Positions 56,572-64,000 of a stretch of 64,000 nucleotides of DNA are shown here, piece by piece (position 1 is the stretch's first letter; every line of letters starts with the position of its first letter). The notes under the pieces were generated by a model. That model had not been told where the DNA came from, did not search any database, and saw only the letters and a program-made list of their open reading frames with translations. The stretch is from Candidatus Methanophagaceae archaeon (GTDB lineage Archaea > Halobacteriota > Syntropharchaeia > Alkanophagales > Methanospirareceae). The DNA is taken from contig PQXC01000008.1 of NCBI GenBank assembly GCA_003194435.1, positions 19,773 to 83,772 of the forward strand, read 5' to 3'. The position numbers were made by a program, and so were the translations under genes.

Positions 56572-57858
56572 TTATGCAAGCTTTATTGCCGGTATCCAAC
56601 CACCGTATTCTTTACCATTCACATCTACGAACCCCGTGCAGTTTATCCAGCCCTTTGCAGTTGGCAGTGCACTTGTATGATGAATCTGCGGATAAGAACC
56701 GGTTCTTATTTCATAGTAGTATTCTTTATCTGCGAATAGCGTGAAAGGGTTGCCAAAGGCTATGCTATGCCAGTTGTCTTGATAGCCATCCCAAAAAGCT
56801 TCTTCACCACTCCACGTATCGTTCCATATCTTTGCATATTCGGTATGCCCGCCAGTGCCTGCGCAGGGATAGGTGTAAAGCGAAGATACAGTAATTGTTT
56901 GATTTGGCGTTATCGTTCCATAATGCGTACCGGGTATGGATGGATAGGGATTGACAGACTCTCCCGCGTCGAAGACCGACGATATTGTAAATGAGCCGTC
57001 CTCAACAGTATGCGATATTGCGTTTGCACTCATGTCGCCTAATTCCTTAACGTCAAGGTCTAAAGAGCTACTCTGTCCAGCACTACCGACTGCTTTCAGT
57101 GTGAGATAAGCAAAAACGAAATCCCCTGTCTTTCCCGTCGCAGAGAACCAGTTCATCCTCGTCACGCCTGCCGTATTGTTTATCGCAGCTGTTATCGGAC
57201 TGAGATCGCTTTCTGATACGCTCTCCACGGTCACAACGTCTTTATTATACGATAGCCAGATGTTTGCTGTTGCCATATTCTCAACATTTGTGATGTTAAT
57301 AGCTACAGTGACCGTTTCTCCGGGATTTGCAGTTGCCTCTTGAATTGATACTACTGTTGGCGCTGGTGACGGACTCGGTGCTGGACTTGCATTCCACGTT
57401 ATATTTCCGGTATAACAGGTATCCACATACGGAAAACGAACCGTCCAAGTATGACTATAAGTTCCGGTTGCAGAGTTTGGTGAAGTGAATTCTCCGTAAA
57501 TCCTTACTTCTCTATTGTACTGGAATTTGTTTTCAAGTATACTTAATGGAGGGATAATCAACGTAAAAGTTCTGCGACCCCTACTGCCACTGAAACAGAC
57601 ATAACTGTATGAGATGCTGAAGTTATACACCTGCATGCCGCTAACGTTAAATGAAACATTTTCGCCTTCCGAAGTAGTACCAACCCATGAGCCACTTGTT
57701 ATGGCTTCTGATAGCTCACTTAATGAACCCCCACACGGGTCACTCGCATTCGTTACATTTTCTCCCCCCGACATAACAGGCAGAACCGTCAAAACAGACA
57801 TCAATATTATCGCTGCTACCACAATTGCACATTCTTTTTTCTTTTTTCTTTTTTCCAT
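56572..57858 (-). CDS. Secreted protein with the same cohesin-like module (start at the second Met, giving a signal peptide)
   Basis: Signal KECAIVVAAIILMSVLTVLPVMS is almost identical to that of the neighbour. VSIQEATANPGETVTVAINITNVENMATANIWLSYNKDVVTVES...GDFVFAYLTLKAVG aligns with the 54807 protein. Confidence 0.5.
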   Translation of the reverse strand: MEKRKKKKECAIVVAAIILMSVLTVLPVMSGGENVTNASDPCGGSLSELSEAITSGSWVGTTSEGENVSFNVSGMQVYNFSISYSYVCFSGSRGRRTFTLIIPPLSILENKFQYNREVRIYGEFTSPNSATGTYSHTWTVRFPYVDTCYTGNITWNASPAPSPSPAPTVVSIQEATANPGETVTVAINITNVENMATANIWLSYNKDVVTVESVSESDLSPITAAINNTAGVTRMNWFSATGKTGDFVFAYLTLKAVGSAGQSSSLDLDVKELGDMSANAISHTVEDGSFTISSVFDAGESVNPYPSIPGTHYGTITPNQTITVSSLYTYPCAGTGGHTEYAKIWNDTWSGEEAFWDGYQDNWHSIAFGNPFTLFADKEYYYEIRTGSYPQIHHTSALPTAKGWINCTGFVDVNGKEYGGWIPAIKLA

Positions 57859-58212
57859 ATTACCTCCTAATCTTTTTCTATAGCGACTGAATGCCATATC
57901 TTTGATTGGCTGAAGTTATAAAAAAGGTTTACGGTATATTCCGCAGTCTACAAAATGTACTCTACATACTCTATAAAACCAGCGAACAAGAACAAGCACC
58001 TTTACGGCTACATCTCTATGTTGCCCAATAAGCACCCTTTGACTATCATGGTACTCCAGTTTGTGATTTTCGAACTCCTCATCGCTCACCGATAGCACTA
58101 TCTCCTTATTATCCTCGGTTATCGTGACTGGTGCGAGGTATTGCACGCCTAGCAGGTTTTGACGTAGAAACCGCAGGAGGAGGTGAGGAAGGAATTATGC
58201 TATATAAAGTTT

Positions 58213-59253
58213 TTAAATCCCCTGTAAGCCCACTTGCTCCTTCAGCAACTCGTATTCTGCACGTGTATGCACAAAGAGATGAAGATTCCCGAGCTTGACC
58301 CTTCGCAGTCCTGCATCTCTTGCCGCGTTATATGCCTCTATCATCTCTCCTAAATTTGGTACCGGGACGTCTCGCATCCTGTATTCAGGGAAGAAAGCAA
58401 GGATAGTGAAGGGTATATCAGCATCTATGGACGCAATGGTGCGAGCGATACTGGCTATCTGCGGTGTCTCAACCCATCGGGGAATAAATAAAGATGAGAC
58501 TTCAAGAACGAATCCCCGGTCCTTCAGCTCCGCTGGCAGTTTCGAGATGCGGCTGTTGGATACGCCGGTAAGCCTTCGGTGCACCTCATCATCAAACGCT
58601 TTGATATCGAGCCAGAATGAGTCTATGCCCGCTTGCTGATACCGGTCAAGGTTGTCAGGCGTGAGCCCATAGCCGTTGGTTTCCATGAGAATCCATACAC
58701 GCTCGTTACGCTCCTTAATCAATTCCGCTGACCTCACATAGAAGTCAGGCTGACAGAGCAGGTCGCCACCGGTGAAAGCGACTATGTTGCGGGCAGGACC
58801 CCAGCCCTGTTCACTCAGCATAATCTTATCGCGACTGAGCACACCGGGGCAGTTCTCACTCCTCACACCCCTCAGGACGCAACTGCCGCACGATTTACAG
58901 AGCTCGTGTGCATGCCAGCTCGTGGCGTGTTCTCGTTTCACAAATGTTATCTCCATGCCACTCATGTATCTCTCTACTGCTCCTGCTATATCCTCAGGAC
59001 ACATCCATTCACCCACGGCATTCTGTGTGAAGCGCCACGAATGGCATTTCTTACACTCGAAGTTGCAGCCCGATTGGTAGATGGAGAGGTAATGCTCGGG
59101 TCTTGACAGGATAATCGAGTCTATTAACCGGTATGGAACTCCGGCTCTGTACCGTAGCGTAACCTCACATGCCTTACCGCTTCTGCCAGTGCTGAAATCG
59201 AATACCTGGCAGCTTCCCGGCTCAAACCCCTGCTTAGCAAGTTCGCATTCCAT
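58213..59253 (-). CDS. Radical-SAM enzyme, PflA/AmmeMemoRadiSam-like activase family
   Basis: CNFECKKCHSW = Cx3Cx2C radical-SAM cluster motif with a trailing aromatic. Additional Cys-rich C-terminal region CKSCGSC. Confidence 0.5.
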   Translation of the reverse strand: MECELAKQGFEPGSCQVFDFSTGRSGKACEVTLRYRAGVPYRLIDSIILSRPEHYLSIYQSGCNFECKKCHSWRFTQNAVGEWMCPEDIAGAVERYMSGMEITFVKREHATSWHAHELCKSCGSCVLRGVRSENCPGVLSRDKIMLSEQGWGPARNIVAFTGGDLLCQPDFYVRSAELIKERNERVWILMETNGYGLTPDNLDRYQQAGIDSFWLDIKAFDDEVHRRLTGVSNSRISKLPAELKDRGFVLEVSSLFIPRWVETPQIASIARTIASIDADIPFTILAFFPEYRMRDVPVPNLGEMIEAYNAARDAGLRRVKLGNLHLFVHTRAEYELLKEQVGLQGI

Positions 59254-59262
59254 TCTATGCTT

Positions 59263-60150
59263 TTAGCGCTTTAAACGCGTGAATAACAAATCCACTATTT
59301 TCTCTGTGACATCAATACCGCAGGCTAATTTTATACCCCGTGCCGAAGGTGTAGCATTTATTTCAAGCAAATATAGACCGTCTGCGCTTTCTATGAGGTC
59401 AACACCGGCGAAATCGGCTCCCACTGCCTTCGTGGCTCTTATTGCAAGCTCGCACAGCTCTTCGGTCAATTTGCATTTACGCGGGCTCCCGCCCTGACTG
59501 AGATTAGAGCGAAAAGAGCCTGGTGGTGTAACGCGGTAGATAGCGCCTAAAGCAGTTTCTCCAACCACAAAGACCCTTATATCGCGTCCCGGGTTATGCA
59601 CGAACTGCTGTAAATAGAGCACACCCCTATCCTTCAGTAGTGCTGCCACTTTAGGGGCATACTCATAACCCTCAAGCTTGATTATACCCTTACCCTGACT
59701 GCCAAATATCGGCTTCACCAGCACCGAGCCAAAATCTTCAATCGCTCGTTTCGCAACCTCCAGATCGGCTGTTACCACAGTAGGAGGCAGAGGCAGGTGT
59801 GCACGCTGAAAGAGCACGAACGATAAGAACTTGTTTGCCGCGTTCTGTATAGCCACAGAGGAGTTCATAACGGTGGTGTGGCGCTCAATCTCAAATATGC
59901 GTATAAGGTCAAATTTAACAGAGATAAGGTCTAACAGGTTGCTAATACCCACATCACGAACTATAACCCCATCCATGCCATTTATATCCTCGGTCTCGTT
60001 GAGCCAATAGAGACCGGCATTGGTGATGGAAACGCCAATCTGTGCGAGATTAAGTGCCACAGCTTCCGCTCCTTTATCACGGATATTCTTCAGTATTGCT
60101 GTTGCAGTCCAGTCATCAGCCTCAGTAAGAACAACGCCGATTTTGCGCAT
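59263..60150 (-). CDS. RimK-family ATP-grasp alpha-L-glutamate ligase (MptN/CofF-like)
   Basis: ATP-grasp fold blocks (VLVKPIFGSQGKGI, LLEINATPS). ~295 aa, typical of methanogen MptN/CofF. Confidence 0.6.
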   Translation of the reverse strand: MRKIGVVLTEADDWTATAILKNIRDKGAEAVALNLAQIGVSITNAGLYWLNETEDINGMDGVIVRDVGISNLLDLISVKFDLIRIFEIERHTTVMNSSVAIQNAANKFLSFVLFQRAHLPLPPTVVTADLEVAKRAIEDFGSVLVKPIFGSQGKGIIKLEGYEYAPKVAALLKDRGVLYLQQFVHNPGRDIRVFVVGETALGAIYRVTPPGSFRSNLSQGGSPRKCKLTEELCELAIRATKAVGADFAGVDLIESADGLYLLEINATPSARGIKLACGIDVTEKIVDLLFTRLKR

Positions 60151-60205
60151 CTCTTTATCTCATGCCTATGTATTGTATTATAATGCATTTTCTTACAGAA
60201 TAAGG

Positions 60206-60904
60206 ATGATGAATATCAATATCTACCCGATACCCATTCCGGTAATTGAGGCACTGGGGAAGGCAATAGTAATAGGAGCAATAGCCTTTGCAATTCTTAT
60301 TCTGATAGCCCTGCTGTTCTGTATATTCATATTCCACACACACCGGATAATATTCCCCAATCTCGTTCTCTTCTTGATATTAGTATGCGAGGAGCCACTG
60401 CGCAGGCTGCTATCCTTCTTCCACGTTGACCCCACACTGGTGGACCGCGTGTCGGTGGAGATAGGGAACGCGGTGAACTATCCGGCATTTGCCAGTACGA
60501 AGCTGGAAGAGCGTGCATTACTGCTGCCACAATGCATTCGCAGCCCTGACTGCCCGGCGAAGCTCAGCCCGGTGGAGGGCATCAAGTGTGTGGAATGCGG
60601 GAGATGCGAGATTGCGAAACTGAGCGCTGTTTGTAAGGAGCTCGGCATCAGCATGTATATCTCGCCTGGTGGCACGTTCACGAAGCGGATTCTTATGTAT
60701 AACTATAACGGTGGCAGTGGGCGAGTGAAAGCGGTAGTTGGTGTAGCGTGCTACCCGAACCTGCATGAAGGGCTGTTAAATGTGAAGCTTGTAGGGATAC
60801 CCGCACAGGGCGTACCATTAAAGACAACCGGGTGCGTGAACACCACAGTGGACATTCATGAGATAATAGCGAGGTGCAAGATGGGAATAGAGAGTAGGGA
60901 ATAG
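60206..60904 (+). CDS. DUF116-like membrane protein (paralog A)
   Basis: 2 N-terminal TM; conserved LLPQCIRSPDCPAKLSPVEGIKCVECGRCEIAKL...YISPGGT. Confidence 0.45.
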   Translation: MMNINIYPIPIPVIEALGKAIVIGAIAFAILILIALLFCIFIFHTHRIIFPNLVLFLILVCEEPLRRLLSFFHVDPTLVDRVSVEIGNAVNYPAFASTKLEERALLLPQCIRSPDCPAKLSPVEGIKCVECGRCEIAKLSAVCKELGISMYISPGGTFTKRILMYNYNGGSGRVKAVVGVACYPNLHEGLLNVKLVGIPAQGVPLKTTGCVNTTVDIHEIIARCKMGIESRE

Positions 60905-61266
60905 AGAATAGAGAATAGAGAATAGAGAATAGTTCATCCCCCTAAACCATCGGGAACAGAATGATGGATACGAAACCAAGTTTCCTTTGATGAGATATAC
61001 TTGCCCAGATAGTGTTTTGATACACCTCTGAACTGAATTTTCTCAGCCATGCTTTCAGGGATCCATGTCTCTCTCCAATCTCTTGCACCGCTCTTACGAA
61101 AGCCAATACGGAATTCGTGAGGTCATTGAAATGTTTGCCGCAAAGGCAACTTCCTCTGTTGGGAAAAACACCTCTTTGATTACACTTGACTCTATCATGT
61201 TTTTTATGATGATGTTTTTGCTTATTTTAGCATTACGATGAAATGCGGGGATGAGCGTAGGGAATA

Positions 61267-61932
61267 ATGAGCAGCACCATCTTTTTATCTTCCGCTGTGT
61301 ATCTATGGGTGGGAACGGCTTTTATTAGCCTGGTTATAGCATTTGCGGTGCTGACCCTGGCAGCAGTATGCTTAGCCATCTATAAAAGAGAGTTATTCCC
61401 GCGATTCACACTCTTTGTGCTCAATCTCTTTTACCACCCGGCGAAGCTATTGCTTGGGTATCTTCATATAAACCACATAATTGTAGATGAGATAGGCATT
61501 GCACTGATGAACTCGATATACAGAGAGGCGTATGAGAATACAGCACTGGATAAGAGAATTCTGTTCCTGCCTCAATGCCTCCGCAGTCTTGAATGTCCCG
61601 CAAAGGTATCGCCACGTGAGGGTATATTATGCAAGGCGTGCGGCAGGTGCGGGATTGCGGAGCTTAAAAGACTATGTGATGACCTGGGTGTTAGTATCTG
61701 CATTGCACCGGGAGGCGAATTTGTAAAGCGGGCGATAAGCGATAAGAAGCCGCAGGCTGCGCTGGGCGTGGCATGTCAGCATGACCTCTATGATGCGATG
61801 CGGTATGTCACATCAAAGGGCATACCAATGATAGGAATAGTGCTCACAAGAAGCGGGTGCGTATCAACGGATGTGGATTGGGAAGAGGTGAAGAGAGCCA
61901 TTGCCATTTGTGCATCTCCAGATAAAAGGTGA
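61267..61932 (+). CDS. DUF116-like membrane protein (paralog B)
   Basis: FLPQCLRSLECPAKVSPREGILCKACGRCGIAELK...CIAPGGE; same architecture as paralog A. Confidence 0.45.
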   Translation: MSSTIFLSSAVYLWVGTAFISLVIAFAVLTLAAVCLAIYKRELFPRFTLFVLNLFYHPAKLLLGYLHINHIIVDEIGIALMNSIYREAYENTALDKRILFLPQCLRSLECPAKVSPREGILCKACGRCGIAELKRLCDDLGVSICIAPGGEFVKRAISDKKPQAALGVACQHDLYDAMRYVTSKGIPMIGIVLTRSGCVSTDVDWEEVKRAIAICASPDKR

Positions 61933-61985
61933 TAAGATGATTTGTGTATCTGTATTTGTATGAGAGAGGATTTATTATTATAACA

Positions 61986-63314
61986 ATGCGAATAGAGAGA
62001 GCGAGGGGTACACGGGATTTCCTGCCTGCGGAAATGAAGAAGAGGCGAATGATAGAAGCGAAGATGCGGGAGATAGCGGAGCGATGGGGCTATGAGGAGA
62101 TAAGCACACCCACCTTTGAACTCGCTGAGTTATTCACACTCAAGTCAGGAGAGGGCATTCTGAAAGAGATGTACGAATTCAGAGATAAAAGTGGCAGGCA
62201 CTTAGCACTGAGACCTGAACTGACCGCACCGGTGATAAGACTGTATGTCAACGAACTGAAGATGGCGCCGAAGCCGACGAAGGTCTATTATTTCGGTAAT
62301 TGTTTCAGGTATGAGGAGCCACAGCGCGCTCGATACCGCGAGTTCTGGCAGTTTGGGGCGGAGATTATCGGCTCTGACCGTCCAGAAGCGGAGGCGGAGC
62401 TAATTGCTCTCGCTTATCATATCACAAAGGCACTTGGCATAAAAGCAGAGCTGCATGTGGGTCATGTGGGTCTCTTAAGAGAGCTATTACGAACTGCGAA
62501 TATGAGTGATGCAACGATAAGCAGAGCGATGCGATTGATAGACAAAGGAGCGAAGAGTGAATTGAGCGAGTTAATGAGCGATACAGGGATAGAGAGTGGG
62601 AAGAAGAAGGATTTAATCCGCCTTATAGACTCAAGGGGTGAAGCGGCTGTGGAAGAGGCACGAAGAATGATTGCGGATGATAATGATAGTGATGGCGAAG
62701 TATTGGAGCAATTTGGGCGATTGGAGCAGTTGCTGGAGCTACTCCGCTATTATGGGGTCGTCTATACCCCGAACCTGGGTATAGCACGGGGACTGGACTA
62801 TTATACAGGAATGGTATTTGAGATATACGAAGCGGGCGATAAACTGGGCGCACAGAGGCAGATATGCGGCGGTGGTACCTACCGACTGGCTGCACTGTTC
62901 GGTAGCAGTGAGGATACCCCCTCAACAGGCTTTGCATTCGGCTTTGACCGATTAGCGGAGATATTGCAGGATGCGGGGCGTGAATATGAATTGAAGAAAG
63001 CAACGGTGGTGGTGGTGCCGGTGCGAGCTAAGGATAAGAAGGGGCAGGACCATGAAGTGATTAAAGCGGCTATAAGAATAACCGCAAAGTTGAGAGAGCG
63101 CTTCATAACCTATCTGGATTTGATGAACCGAAGTATAAGGGAGCAACTGGCTTATGCCAATACGATTAATGCTTCATTCGCAGTGCTCGTGGGCGAGCGC
63201 GAACTGGAGGTTGGGAAGGTGACCTTAAGGGACCTCAAAACAGGTGAACAGGATACAATGAGCCTTGAAGAATGTATGGAGCGGTTAGAGTTTGCAGATA
63301 CATATTACCAGTAG
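61986..63314 (+). CDS. hisS: Histidine--tRNA ligase
   Basis: ARGTRDFLPAE (motif region), class II aaRS motifs, C-terminal anticodon-binding domain; start taken at the internal Met at 61986. Confidence 0.9.
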   Translation: MRIERARGTRDFLPAEMKKRRMIEAKMREIAERWGYEEISTPTFELAELFTLKSGEGILKEMYEFRDKSGRHLALRPELTAPVIRLYVNELKMAPKPTKVYYFGNCFRYEEPQRARYREFWQFGAEIIGSDRPEAEAELIALAYHITKALGIKAELHVGHVGLLRELLRTANMSDATISRAMRLIDKGAKSELSELMSDTGIESGKKKDLIRLIDSRGEAAVEEARRMIADDNDSDGEVLEQFGRLEQLLELLRYYGVVYTPNLGIARGLDYYTGMVFEIYEAGDKLGAQRQICGGGTYRLAALFGSSEDTPSTGFAFGFDRLAEILQDAGREYELKKATVVVVPVRAKDKKGQDHEVIKAAIRITAKLRERFITYLDLMNRSIREQLAYANTINASFAVLVGERELEVGKVTLRDLKTGEQDTMSLEECMERLEFADTYYQ

Positions 63315-64000
63315 TGCTTGCAGAATTCTATATTCCGCCTTAATTCGTCATAGCTCATCTCTCTTCTCGTTTTATCACGCCAGAAGGTCTCTATCACCAT
63401 ATATTTAAGACCGGTAGACCTCAGAAGCTCGAATATCTGATTGAAATCCAGCTCCCCACGCCCAATTGAGAGGTGGTCCTGCTTATCAGTGATAGAGCAA
63501 TCATGCAGGTGCACGACCAGTATCTTCGCACCACCGCATGCCCTTATCCATCTCTGAAGGTAATCGGTGTAGTTATGGTTATGACCTCCTGTTTTTGTTG
63601 AATGTTGCAATTCCGCCATTATTGCATGCCCGATATCAAAGGTGAGATAGGTTTTGGGTGAAGAGACCGCTTCCAGTATCAATTCAGACCATTCAAAAGG
63701 CACCAGGTCGTTCTCCACACATACCTGCATACCGAATTCAGAAGCCATACTCGCTATTTCAAAAAATCTACTGATGCCCTTATTCTTTACCTCTGCTCGC
63801 ACCTCCTGGAGCTTGTATGTTGAGAGCCGGGGATGGAGATGCAGATTGTAATACAGAGGTGTGAATTCCGCTGAGAATTCCATACACTGCCTCAATACAC
63901 GCATACTCGCATCTGCTATCTCTTCACGTGGATGCATAACTGCGATATCAAGGGGTGAATGAAATGCAATACGCATGCCATAATCTGCCAATAGCCCTTT
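63305..64000 (-). CDS. Xylose-isomerase-like TIM-barrel sugar-phosphate isomerase/epimerase (N-terminus beyond the window end)
   Basis: HLHDCSITDKQDHLSIGRGELDF block typical of the AP-endonuclease 2 / xylose isomerase-like fold. The ORF is open to the window edge. Confidence 0.45.
   Translation of the reverse strand, partial: KGLLADYGMRIAFHSPLDIAVMHPREEIADASMRVLRQCMEFSAEFTPLYYNLHLHPRLSTYKLQEVRAEVKNKGISRFFEIASMASEFGMQVCVENDLVPFEWSELILEAVSSPKTYLTFDIGHAIMAELQHSTKTGGHNHNYTDYLQRWIRACGGAKILVVHLHDCSITDKQDHLSIGRGELDFNQIFELLRSTGLKYMVIETFWRDKTRREMSYDELRRNIEFCKHYW

Noticed and set aside
60898-60940. (GAATAGA)x5 heptanucleotide repeat after the first DUF116-like gene considered as a functional element
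   Set aside because: Too short to assign a function; noted within the DUF116-like finding only.

Overview
The window looks like a euryarchaeal chromosome segment, probably from a methanogen or ANME-type member of Methanosarcinales. Supporting genes are methenyl-H4MPT cyclohydrolase Mch, the PAN proteasome ATPase, aMBF1, Pus10, archaeal-type phosphoglycerate mutase, mevalonate kinase, ribosomal proteins S24e/S27ae, and a RimK-like ATP-grasp ligase of the MptN/CofF type. Coding density is high on both strands. Recognisable housekeeping genes include rps24e, rps27ae, an HtpX-like protease, yjbQ, pan, sufCB, queC, porGD, apgM, mch, mvk, an mtaB-like gene, pus10, hisH, carA and hisS. Several accessory regions are interleaved with these. 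(1) At the 5' end, a 5'-truncated Eco57I/PglX-like N6-adenine DNA methyltransferase is interrupted near its 3' end by an in-frame TGA. It is followed by an AT-rich ~2.1 kb cassette of five small ORFs (one with a C-terminal HEPN-like RNxxxH motif, two small membrane proteins). The cassette is bracketed by ~95-bp direct repeats (about 90% identical by eye) that both encode the conserved methyltransferase C-terminal tail. (2) A cluster of secreted surface proteins and an S8 subtilase lies next to a SecD-like membrane protein. (3) Two tandem segmental duplications, each involving a HEPN/MNT-type gene plus the end of a housekeeping gene (queC 3' end; mvk 5' end). (4) A ~10 kb sensory island: FIST, PocR, V4R-PAS sensors, a TusA-like/YeeE(TsuA)-like pair, two histidine kinases, a CheY-like receiver and a hybrid receiver-kinase. 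(5) A 1003-aa HD-domain / P-loop NTPase / TPR protein, a candidate STAND-like defence gene. Its TPR region is a near-identical 102-bp tandem array, and an IS1 InsA-like transposase remnant lies next to it. (6) Two adjacent secreted proteins share a cohesin-like module; one also carries PD40 repeats and a dockerin-like C-terminus. (7) A MotA/TolQ-like + ExbD-like + polytopic membrane protein operon. (8) A pair of paralogous DUF116-like membrane proteins next to a radical-SAM enzyme and the RimK-like ligase. No rRNA, tRNA or CRISPR array was recognised. All calls rest on reading the ORF translations and visible nucleotide repeats; no database search was possible.
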